DNA of 64,000 nucleotides, taken from contig CANPXT010000008.1 of NCBI GenBank assembly GCA_947586835.1, forward strand, positions 443-64,442. Reading direction: 5' to 3'. Positions within the stretch are counted from its first letter, which is position 1, and each line of letters starts with the position of its first letter. The translations under genes and the position numbers were made by a program. The DNA is from an uncultured Alphaproteobacteria bacterium. Lineage in GTDB: Bacteria > Pseudomonadota > Alphaproteobacteria > CAAHEQ01 > UBA3637. The notes under the pieces were generated by a model. The model saw only the letters and a program-made list of their open reading frames with translations, did no database searches and had not been told where the DNA came from. Of this stretch, positions 19,994 through 28,385 are shown piece by piece.

Positions 19994-20462
19994 TTCGGCA
20001 CCGAGCATTGAACGATTGCATGAGAAAACAAACCGAACAAAGAGTATTTCCGATGTATTGTTTGACAAAGATTTGCTCACGGTGCCGTGGGTATGTCGGG
20101 GATTGGGCATTCCGCCTGATTCTCTGCGTGTTTTTATGGCATTGGCATTTGTTCGAAACGGTGTTTTGTTGGGCAGTTTGCTCTTTCATGACGGTTATGC
20201 CGAAAAAGATGTGTGGTGGACATTATATACCGTTCACCCGCTTTGGTGCACTCGACAATTTTTAAAGAAAGCCTTCCGAGCCGCTTTTGTTGATTTGAAG
20301 TGTCAACGAATTGGTGTGCTTGTGCGGGCAGATAATATCCGATCGCTGAAATTGGTTCGGCGATTGGGATTTCATGAAGAAGGTTGTTTACGTCAATTAT
20401 GTGCGGATAAAACCGACTGTTTGGCTTTCTCGATGTTGAAAGAAGAATGCCGATGGTTGTAA
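19968..20462 (+). CDS. GNAT-fold acetyltransferase of the podoviral tail module (start uncertain)
   Basis: AF..L.C.RI..LVRADN.RSLKLVRRLGF.EEG.LR RimJ-like motif; usual position after the nozzle gene. Confidence 0.75.
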   Translation: MNKEREFYNSAPSIERLHEKTNRTKSISDVLFDKDLLTVPWVCRGLGIPPDSLRVFMALAFVRNGVLLGSLLFHDGYAEKDVWWTLYTVHPLWCTRQFLKKAFRAAFVDLKCQRIGVLVRADNIRSLKLVRRLGFHEEGCLRQLCADKTDCLAFSMLKEECRWL

Positions 20463-20541
20463 ACGAGCTTCAAAAAAATAAACAGAATGCAATGGGGCAT
20501 TCGCGCGGCGGCGGTACGCAAAAAAATAAGGAGATAAAATT

Positions 20542-21213
20542 ATGAGTAAAGCAATCGGATCGGTGCTCGGAACAAATGTCAAAGCAGATACAAGCGCCGC
20601 TCAGAATTATTATAATTATTTAAACGGCATTGATACGTCATCTGCCGATCAGGCGACACAATCAATGGCCGAACAGGCGCGTCAAATGTCGGAAAATCTT
20701 TCTGATTTACCGAATTATCAATTTTCTTTGGATACTTCCGATGAAAGCGCAAAACGTGTGGAAAATGCTGTTTTTCAATCGTATATTGATAAATTGCAAC
20801 CTTTACATGAAAAACAAACGGCTGATTTGGAAACAAAATTGGCTAATCAGGGGTTAAGTGTCGGCAGTCAAGCCTATCAACGCGCCGTTAATGATTTGGC
20901 CGAACAACAAAATGCCGCTTATAATCAGGCAGCCTACAACAGTGTAACTGCCGGACAGGAAGCTTTTAACGATTATTTGAAAAATCAATTATTAGGCGCG
21001 AATTATACCAATACGGCACGGCAGGATTATTTAAACAGCATTTATAAATTGTTGCAAAACGCACCGACAAATTATGAAAAGCAATTAAATATGTATGCCG
21101 CTCAAAACGGTATGGCTCAACAACAGGCAAATGCGCGTCAACAAAGTTTTAACAACACGACCGGTGCCGTTTCCGGACTGTTACAGGCGGGCGGCTTTCT
21201 TGCCGGATTATAA
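20542..21213 (+). CDS. Putative DNA ejection/pilot protein
   Basis: Gln/Asn/Ala-rich, LANQGL..GS.AY.RA motif, Gly-rich hydrophobic ends; AAGGAG RBS; position. Confidence 0.6.
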   Translation: MSKAIGSVLGTNVKADTSAAQNYYNYLNGIDTSSADQATQSMAEQARQMSENLSDLPNYQFSLDTSDESAKRVENAVFQSYIDKLQPLHEKQTADLETKLANQGLSVGSQAYQRAVNDLAEQQNAAYNQAAYNSVTAGQEAFNDYLKNQLLGANYTNTARQDYLNSIYKLLQNAPTNYEKQLNMYAAQNGMAQQQANARQQSFNNTTGAVSGLLQAGGFLAGL

Positions 21214-21227
21214 AGAAAGGAGAGGCT

Positions 21228-21821
21228 ATGAGACAATATACATCGACGAGTGATATTATCAATATCGCTAAAATGGCGCCAAAGCCTTTGGATATGACAG
21301 CTTATGCGGGATTACCGCAATCTTTTATCAGCGGCTATATGCAAGGGCAACGTGCGCAACAAAATCAACAAAAAATACAATCTGTAACGCCGAATTATAT
21401 GCAAAAAAGCAGTGAACAAAATATAAGAATGTACAAGCTTAATGATGAGCCAGAGAAAAAATATTTTGACGCATCACATCGTACGGGTTCTCAAAAATGG
21501 CAACAAGCCGATTCAAAAACACCTTTTGAGGAAACTCCTGATCCGTTGTTGGATTATATACCCGTCAATCAACGAGAATCTTCCGATTTTTTATCGGTCA
21601 ATGATAACGGAAATGCCGTTTTGACATCAACGCCGATTTCTGCGACGCATGCTTTACCGAATGGGTCTCTTCCGGAAAATAACACACCTTATTTTGAAAA
21701 TCAGGCATTTGACGGCGTTAATTTTATGCAAACAGTTATGAGCCCCGATGTTAACATGACGGCGGATCAGCGTCGGGCAAAATTGCTTCGAGACAGCGGT
21801 TATCTTTCGTTGAATTATTAA
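21228..21821 (+). CDS. Putative ejection/internal virion protein
   Basis: SFISGYMQGQRAQQNQQ pattern; AAGGAG RBS; position in the module. Confidence 0.45.
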   Translation: MRQYTSTSDIINIAKMAPKPLDMTAYAGLPQSFISGYMQGQRAQQNQQKIQSVTPNYMQKSSEQNIRMYKLNDEPEKKYFDASHRTGSQKWQQADSKTPFEETPDPLLDYIPVNQRESSDFLSVNDNGNAVLTSTPISATHALPNGSLPENNTPYFENQAFDGVNFMQTVMSPDVNMTADQRRAKLLRDSGYLSLNY

Positions 21822-21861
21822 ATAAAACGATTTTTGTTGAAACAATTGAACGGAGAAAACA

Positions 21862-22101
21862 ATGTCAAAATCAATGGATCGATTTTATGAACTTTTGCAT
21901 AAGACAATTACAGGTATTTTAATACCGGTCGTTGTTTATTTGATGGGGGAAATCCACGACATGCAAAAAGAGGTGTCAATTTTTGAACTGCGCGTTGCAA
22001 AAGAGGCCGTACAATATGCCATGCGAACGGATATTGTTCGGGTCGAAACAAAAATTGATGAGCTTAAAACACTTATTATTCAAGAGATTAAGAAAAAATG
22101 A
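21862..22101 (+). CDS. Small membrane protein, putative holin-like
   Basis: One hydrophobic segment plus coiled coil (RVETKIDELK); overlaps the lysozyme start (ATGA). Confidence 0.55.
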   Translation: MSKSMDRFYELLHKTITGILIPVVVYLMGEIHDMQKEVSIFELRVAKEAVQYAMRTDIVRVETKIDELKTLIIQEIKKK

Positions 22102-22526
22102 CATCTGCCGTAACAACTGCTTTAAAACAACGTGTTTTGCGTCATGAAGGGTTGCGTTTAAAAGTTTATACCTGCCCGCGCGGTAAATTAACGATTGGAA
22201 TAGGGCGTAATTTGGAGGATAAAGGTATTACGCGCGCCGAAGCTTTTTATTTGCTTGAAAATGACTTAAAACACGCCGAATGTGATTGTCAAAACGCTTT
22301 TCAGTGGTTTGAAAAATTAGATACCGTTCGTCGCGGTGTTGTGATTGAAATGGTTTTTAATTTGGGTTTCCAAGGTTTTTTGGGCTTTTGTCGATTGATA
22401 AAAGCATTGACGATACAGGATTTTGATGCCGCCGCGCGCGAAATGTTAAACAGTCGTTGGGCGGTACAAGTCGGACATCGTGCCGAAAAACTGGCAAAAA
22501 TTATGCGAACGGGAAAGGAGGTGTGA
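22098..22526 (+). CDS. Phage lysozyme/endolysin (GH24, T4-lysozyme-like)
   Basis: HEGLRLKVY.CPRGKLTIGIGRNL; EMVFNLG; AAREMLNSRWAVQVG.RA..L. Confidence 0.92.
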   Translation: MTSAVTTALKQRVLRHEGLRLKVYTCPRGKLTIGIGRNLEDKGITRAEAFYLLENDLKHAECDCQNAFQWFEKLDTVRRGVVIEMVFNLGFQGFLGFCRLIKALTIQDFDAAAREMLNSRWAVQVGHRAEKLAKIMRTGKEV

Positions 22527-22527
22527 T

Positions 22528-22671
22528 ATGAAGGAACGGTTATTAGATTATTTAAAGAACAATCGAAAAAAAATCATTACTTTTTTGATTGCCGGTATTT
22601 TGGCTGCTGCCGGTATTGCAGCAGACGGTACGGTAATTGAAAACGCAATCGGTATGATTTTAGGATTTTAA
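22528..22671 (+). CDS. Small membrane protein after the endolysin (lysis accessory?)
   Basis: AAGGAGG RBS; MKERLLDYLKNNRKKIITFLIAGILAAAGIA... Confidence 0.6.
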   Translation: MKERLLDYLKNNRKKIITFLIAGILAAAGIAADGTVIENAIGMILGF

Positions 22672-22742
22672 AATTTTGAGCTTAAAAAGGGAATATATCG
22701 GTTAATCGGTATTTGTTTTTATGGCATTTAATGCTCTTTTAG

Positions 22743-23024
22743 GCGTTCGAGTCTCCGGCTTCACCATAAAAAAAGACAGACATGAAGTCTGTCTTTTTTT
22801 GGTGGGCGCTTGAGAGACTCGCATTGATAAATATCAATGCTTCGTGCAACAGCATCTAAATAAAAACATCGGTTTACATAAAGCAAACCTCGTTTTTATA
22901 AGATGATGTTGGGCTGGCAATGAAAAAAGCAAAGCAATTTGCTTTTTTCAAAAGCGCCCTCTTACGCGTTCGAGTCTCTGGCTTCACCATAAAAAAAAGA
23001 CAGACATGAAGTCTGTCTTTTTTT

Positions 23025-23047
<23 letters not shown>
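22743..23047. repeat. Duplicated ~80-bp palindromic unit derived from the tRNA-Lys 3' end
   Basis: GCGTTCGAGTCTC.GGCTTCACCATAAAAAAAGACAGACATGAAGTCTGTCTTTTTTTGGTGGGCGC at 22743 and 22966. Confidence 0.85.
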
Positions 23048-23100
<53 letters not shown>

Positions 23101-23296
23101 CCGTTAAGCTCTTTATACGCTATTTCGTTTTAAATTGCAAGTTTTTTTTCATTTTCCTTCTTTTTTTATTGTCTCTTCGTGTCATTGAAGCTCTTTATCA
23201 AGGAAAAATGGAAAAAAAAGATGCCCTTTTAAAAATTAATTTAAAACTTTAAAATATTTAAATAACTGTTTGTTAAAAATAATTAAAGGATATTAT

Positions 23297-23527
23297 ATGT
23301 CATACATTTCTAAAATGTTTACTCCTTTTCAACTACCCGACGGCAGTGAAGCTGCCTGTTCGCGGGACATCGATGCCTATTTGCGTCGCACCGGGCTGAC
23401 GGTGGCATCGGATTATTCGCCCGAAACGCTCAAAGCGATTCGGTTTGCTCGGGAAAAGGCGATGCGAGAGTCGCTTTTCGCATCTTTTATTCATCAATAT
23501 CAAAGGAAAATATGGAATGAAAAATAA
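23297..23527 (+). CDS. Small phage head-module protein
   Basis: AAAGGA RBS; PF.LPDGS....SRD..AYLRRTG resembles the small protein between portal and scaffold in related phages. Confidence 0.55.
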   Translation: MSYISKMFTPFQLPDGSEAACSRDIDAYLRRTGLTVASDYSPETLKAIRFAREKAMRESLFASFIHQYQRKIWNEK

Positions 23528-24353
23528 TCAATTAACAAGAGAACTCTTAAATAAGGCTTTTGATGAAGCCAAAAAAAAGAGTCTGACAGAAGCTGCATCT
23601 CAACCCTCGGATCAAACCGAATCGCAAACTGAGGATTCATCGGAACAAGTGCGGTTAATCAGTCAAGAATATGCCGATCGATTGGACGAATTGCCTGCCG
23701 ATTGGCGACAATATTTAATTAAGTTAGATGCCGAATATACGCAAAACAAAAAAAGACAAAGCCGACAATTGGATCATTGGTTGGAACATTTGTTCGGACT
23801 GCGTGATCAACAGGTGTGTTGTCATACAGATGAAACTCCGCGCGAATGGGTTGAAAAAATGGCGTATATCGAGCATATGCTTTGTGCGCAACCGAAACGG
23901 ACTTTAAGCATTTTGTCGCAAATATATTTATCGCCGACTCTTTCTTATTGTTCCGAATATGCACCGATTACAAATTATTATAAAAAGCGTTGTGAAGAAA
24001 ACGCAAAAAATTGGCTTTGCAAGTGTTTGTCCGAAAAAGATCAGAAGGGAAATGCCTGTTTCCCATACAAAGAAGCAGTGATTGAATTAATTTTAACATT
24101 GTTAAGCAATCGGTTGGCACCGGATATTCAAAAAGCCTATGATATGGCAGTTTGGATGAATGAAAAAACGCGGGCGCAAATGATTGATTCGGTTTTGAAC
24201 GATCGGATTCGTCAAAAAGTCGATGAAGCACGAATTGCACGCGAAAAAAGCTTTTTAACAGAGGGGGCTTTCGATATTTCGTCTCAAAATAAAACGGAAA
24301 AATCAACACGGGAACTTTTGGAAGAAGCTTTTCGAAAATATCGAACAAAATAA
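23517..24353 (+). CDS. Putative capsid scaffolding protein
   Basis: Helical and charged; similar ends TRELLNKAF / STRELLEEAF; AYDMAVWMN..TR motif. Confidence 0.62.
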   Translation: MKNNQLTRELLNKAFDEAKKKSLTEAASQPSDQTESQTEDSSEQVRLISQEYADRLDELPADWRQYLIKLDAEYTQNKKRQSRQLDHWLEHLFGLRDQQVCCHTDETPREWVEKMAYIEHMLCAQPKRTLSILSQIYLSPTLSYCSEYAPITNYYKKRCEENAKNWLCKCLSEKDQKGNACFPYKEAVIELILTLLSNRLAPDIQKAYDMAVWMNEKTRAQMIDSVLNDRIRQKVDEARIAREKSFLTEGAFDISSQNKTEKSTRELLEEAFRKYRTK

Positions 24354-24380
24354 GAAGGAAAAAAATAAGTAAATCATTCA

Positions 24381-24422
24381 GACAGAGCGTTTCGGACAGA
24401 CGGTAAGCGCTCTGTCGTTTTT
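24381..24422 (+). terminator. Terminator-like hairpin before the tail fibre genes
   Basis: GACAGAGCG...CGCTCTGTC followed by GTTTTT. Confidence 0.55.
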
Positions 24423-24441
24423 ATTTTTAAAGGAGAAAAAA

Positions 24442-25239
24442 ATGCCATTTGACAGTGAAGGAAATTTTACACGCATTCATAATTGGGAAGAAGACAGAAT
24501 TAACGGTATTGAAATTGTTACCGATCATCACGATGCGGAAGATGATAATTTTGCCGATGCCTTTAATAAAACGTTTTTACGTGACGGTCGTGTACCGATG
24601 GAAAATCATTTAAATATGGGCGGATTTCGGGTACAAAATTGTGCCGATGCCGTATCCGGTTCTGACGGCGTCACCAAAAATCAGGTAGATTCTTTAATTC
24701 AAAACAATGTGTCTGATATGAAAAATAATTTAGATAATGTTTCCTGTGTCGGTGATATTAAAGCCTCTTTGATTGATCACAATCACGGAACATGGCTGTT
24801 ATGTAACGGACAAGCGATTTCCAGAACCGAATATGCGGCGTTGTTTCAATTAATCGGCACGCGTTTTGGCAGTGGTGACGGTGTCAATACATTCAATATT
24901 CCCAACTATCAAGGTAAATTTTTACGAGGGATGGGCGGGGATTCTGCCAATAATATTGCCACAACGCAAAAAGAGAGTATTCCTTTTATAAAACACCGAC
25001 ATACGATTGTTATTGATGGAGCCATGAGTGGTGGTAACGGAAAGTTTATAACGAGAGTTTCCAACTCTTCTTCCGAAAACTATGATTATTCATTGGGATT
25101 CCTCGATTCGGCGCAAGAACCGACCATGGGTCATACATCTTTGGGTACTCAGGAAGGAAATTTATCCGTGAACATCGGAGAGCATGTGACGCCGATTAAT
25201 CAGGCCGTTTATTATTTTATTAAAGCCAAAAATGTTTAA
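24442..25239 (+). CDS. Phage tail fibre protein with tail-collar domain
   Basis: GDIK......WLLCNGQAISRTEYAALFQLIGT.FG.GDG.NTFNIP...G.FLRG collar motif; MPFDSEGNFTR..NW virion-attachment-type N-terminus. Confidence 0.88.
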   Translation: MPFDSEGNFTRIHNWEEDRINGIEIVTDHHDAEDDNFADAFNKTFLRDGRVPMENHLNMGGFRVQNCADAVSGSDGVTKNQVDSLIQNNVSDMKNNLDNVSCVGDIKASLIDHNHGTWLLCNGQAISRTEYAALFQLIGTRFGSGDGVNTFNIPNYQGKFLRGMGGDSANNIATTQKESIPFIKHRHTIVIDGAMSGGNGKFITRVSNSSSENYDYSLGFLDSAQEPTMGHTSLGTQEGNLSVNIGEHVTPINQAVYYFIKAKNV

Positions 25240-25248
25240 GGAGAAAAA

Positions 25249-25596
25249 ATGAGTCATAAAATTACGGAAAATGCCATATGGGTAACACAAGGCGATTCAC
25301 TGCCGATTTTATTGGATTTTCATCAAGATATTACCGATGCGGAAATTAAAATGCAGGTCAGAGATAACAGCGGTGAGGTGGTGATTGATAAGAAAACAAA
25401 GGATCATTTAAATGCGTTAAAAGGGCAGAGTATCATTCAGCTGACCGCTGCCGATACCAATCTTCCGATCGGTCGTTATGTGACGGATATGGAAATTACT
25501 TTTTCAGATGAGACACGTTACACTTTTTATCCGTCAAAAGTGGGTACGGTGGCTTGTTTTCATGTGGTTGATCAAATAACAAAGGAGAATTTATGA
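25249..25596 (+). CDS. BppU-like tail fibre adaptor domain protein
   Basis: I.VTQGDS....L.F..DITDA.IKMQVRD, G...I.LT..DT.L..G.Y..D.EI pattern. Confidence 0.65.
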   Translation: MSHKITENAIWVTQGDSLPILLDFHQDITDAEIKMQVRDNSGEVVIDKKTKDHLNALKGQSIIQLTAADTNLPIGRYVTDMEITFSDETRYTFYPSKVGTVACFHVVDQITKENL

Positions 25597-28037
25597 AACA
25601 AGATGTTGATATAATGACAAATTATTTGTCGGTTGATATCGGACCCGAGGTTTTATTCGTAAGCCCGGACGGCAGTTGGATTCGTTCAGGGCGTGATGAA
25701 ATTAGAGCATTTGTTGAAAAAAAAGCTAAGCCGGATATTGAGAATTTTACGGAGGAAAAGAAAGAATTATTTAATCAAAACGCACAGACAAAGACAAACG
25801 TGTTTGATGAGAATGCTCAAACCAAAACAAATGCGTTTGATGAAAATGCGACGGTCAAGACGGATGCGTTTGATCAAAATGCTCAAGCTAAAACGAATGC
25901 ATTTGATGCGAATTTTGCGGAAAAAACGGCAGATTTCGAAAAAAATGCCGAAGAAAAAATAAATACATTTAATTTGAACGCTACGGAAAAAACAAGTGTT
26001 TTTAATCAAAATGCTGTGACAAGAACAGATGTATTTAATTTAAATGCTCAAACGAAGAGAGAGGAATTTGACAATAATGTCACACTTTTAACCGAGACTT
26101 TTAATGAAAATGCTGCGATAAAAACAAGCACATTTGATAATAACGCCGCGGAAAAACTGTCAGCATTTAACAATAACGCCGTTCTTTTAACCGAAGCATT
26201 TAATGATAATGTCGCGACGAAAACAAAAGTATTTGACGATAATGCGCATGAAAAAAACGATACCTTTAATGAAAATGTGGTGGCAAAAACAAACGTCTTT
26301 AATGAAAATGCTACGGATCAAACAGATGTGTTTAATAAAAACGCTCAAGCGCAAACAGATGCGTTTGATGAAAATGCTGTGAATCAAACGAATACGTTTA
26401 ATGAAAATGTTGAAACGCAAACAGGCATATTTGATTTGCATTGCACGAATAATACAGAGGTATTTGATTCAAATTTTGCGGAAAAAATAACGGCGTTTAA
26501 TGAAAATGCAACAGAAAAAACAAATTCGTTTAATGATAATGCGCAAGAAAAGACAGAGGCATTTGATGAAAATGCTGTGAATCAAACGAATACGTTTAAT
26601 GAAAACGTTACGACTCAAACAAAAGCGTTTGATGATAATGCTGCCGTCAAAACAAATGCATTTGATGAAAATACCTTAGCTCAAACAAAAGTATTTAATG
26701 ATAATGCGCAAGAAAAGACAGAGGTATTTGATGAAAATGCCAAAACACAAACAGATGCGTTTAATGAAAACGTCGGTGTTATAACCGGTACGTTTGATGA
26801 AAACGTAGCAACTCAAACAAAATCATTTAACGATAATGCTGCGCTTTTGACCGAAACATTTGATAATAATGCTACGGAAAAAACAAACATATTTGATGAT
26901 AATGCGCAAAAAAAGACAGATGCGTTTAATGAAAATGCCAAAACACAAACGAATACGTTTAATGAAAATGTTGAGGCACAAATTACCGTTTTTGATTCGC
27001 ATTGTGGTGCTAATAGCAGTATATTTGATGAAAATGCGCAAGAAAAAATCGATACAATCAGTGATTATGTCAATCGGGTAAAAGAATTTGTCGATCAGGC
27101 AAAATCATCTGCCGAATTAGTTTCAACCTCGGTTGAAACGGTCACACAAAAAGTTGCAGATGCCGTCACTTCGGCAACAAGCGCAGCCGATTCGGCAACA
27201 AGCGCCTCTTCATCGGCCGCAACAGCCACGCAGAAAGCTACGGATGCCACTACGTCGGCAATCAATGCCGCTGCCAGTGAAGCAAGTGCATCATCATCGG
27301 CTGCAACGGCCGCGCAAAAAGCAGCAGATGCTGTTGCTTCGGCATCTGATGCCTCTGCTGTTGCAACCGCTGTCGAAACATCGGTTCATGATGCTGAATT
27401 ATGGGCTATCGGCGCAATAACCGAGCGAACGGAAGGTTCGGCAAAATATTGGGCAGAACAAGCAAAAAACAATTCGTCCGTTAATCTTCCCGTCGCAACG
27501 GAAAACGTGAAAGGCATTGTTTGTTTATCGAGTCAAAAAAACGCAAGTGACGGTACGGATGATACAACGGCCATGACACCCTACAAAACAAGGTGTAACT
27601 ATGTGGCATTAGATACAAGTCAAACCATTACCGGAGAAAAATATTTTTCCACGACTTGCTCATGCGCTTCATTAGTGGTTAATGGAAAAGCAACGATACA
27701 AACACCTGCAGTAACTTCAAACACGAATGAAGCAGCTTCAACGGCTTTTGTGCGTTCGTTCGGACTAACGGGTTACGGAATAAATGCACCGAATTATTCC
27801 GGCGCTACCGGCATTTCAAGCAGTTATACGCCAACGAAAAACGGATATATTGTTGCGTCTTGCTATATAAACGGTTGGAGCAGTGCCAACGTTACGATTG
27901 ATAACAAAACAGTGTTTTCGTTTTTCCCTCAGGGAGTTTCTCAACAACAAAGTTGTACTAACGTTTCTCCTGTTGCGAAAGGTTCTACTGTTAAGTTTGA
28001 AAACTGTGATTGTCAATTTGTTCCATGTAAAGGATAA
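25593..28037 (+). CDS. Long tail fibre with hendecad repeats, Ala/Ser-rich stalk and C-terminal binding domain
   Basis: 39 x 11-aa repeats; Stf-like A/S heptads; SAKYWAEQA; ATE..KGIV.LS...D.T.AMTP tail-fibre repeat. Confidence 0.85.
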   Translation: MKQDVDIMTNYLSVDIGPEVLFVSPDGSWIRSGRDEIRAFVEKKAKPDIENFTEEKKELFNQNAQTKTNVFDENAQTKTNAFDENATVKTDAFDQNAQAKTNAFDANFAEKTADFEKNAEEKINTFNLNATEKTSVFNQNAVTRTDVFNLNAQTKREEFDNNVTLLTETFNENAAIKTSTFDNNAAEKLSAFNNNAVLLTEAFNDNVATKTKVFDDNAHEKNDTFNENVVAKTNVFNENATDQTDVFNKNAQAQTDAFDENAVNQTNTFNENVETQTGIFDLHCTNNTEVFDSNFAEKITAFNENATEKTNSFNDNAQEKTEAFDENAVNQTNTFNENVTTQTKAFDDNAAVKTNAFDENTLAQTKVFNDNAQEKTEVFDENAKTQTDAFNENVGVITGTFDENVATQTKSFNDNAALLTETFDNNATEKTNIFDDNAQKKTDAFNENAKTQTNTFNENVEAQITVFDSHCGANSSIFDENAQEKIDTISDYVNRVKEFVDQAKSSAELVSTSVETVTQKVADAVTSATSAADSATSASSSAATATQKATDATTSAINAAASEASASSSAATAAQKAADAVASASDASAVATAVETSVHDAELWAIGAITERTEGSAKYWAEQAKNNSSVNLPVATENVKGIVCLSSQKNASDGTDDTTAMTPYKTRCNYVALDTSQTITGEKYFSTTCSCASLVVNGKATIQTPAVTSNTNEAASTAFVRSFGLTGYGINAPNYSGATGISSSYTPTKNGYIVASCYINGWSSANVTIDNKTVFSFFPQGVSQQQSCTNVSPVAKGSTVKFENCDCQFVPCKG
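25770..27056 (+). repeat. 33-bp degenerate coding repeat, 39 units in register (F[DN]xNxxx[KQ]Txx)
   Basis: Phe codon every 33 bp from 25770 to 27024. Confidence 0.93.
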
Positions 28038-28040
28038 AAA

Positions 28041-28385
28041 ATGAAAAAATATGCAAAAATTATAGATGAAAAATTAAAAACGTGTGTTGTTCTTATCCAT
28101 GATGAGGCATACGATGAATCGTTTCGTCAGGAAGGATATTCTCTTCAAGAAGTTGAACAAGGATATGATTATAATTGGTATATTAAAGGTTTTGCTCCTT
28201 CAAAACCGCAAGAATTGATTAATCGGGAACGCCGGTCTTTGTTATTACGACAGCTTGAAGAAACCGATTACATTGCTGCAAAAATTGCCGAAGGTGCTGC
28301 CACAAAAGAAGAATATGCAGATGTGATTGCCAATCGGCAAAAATGGCGTGATGAGATTAATTTGTTAGAAAACACAACATTTTAA
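28041..28385 (+). CDS. Tail fibre assembly/chaperone-like protein
   Basis: L.ETDYIAAKIAEG......YA.VIA.RQ.WRDEIN.LE motif; directly after the fibre gene. Confidence 0.7.
   Translation: MKKYAKIIDEKLKTCVVLIHDEAYDESFRQEGYSLQEVEQGYDYNWYIKGFAPSKPQELINRERRSLLLRQLEETDYIAAKIAEGAATKEEYADVIANRQKWRDEINLLENTTF

Noticed and set aside
22743-22821. Additional tRNA gene or attR of the phage-like region
   Set aside because: Only T-arm/acceptor fragments are present, and the direct repeat encloses about 220 bp, not the virion genes
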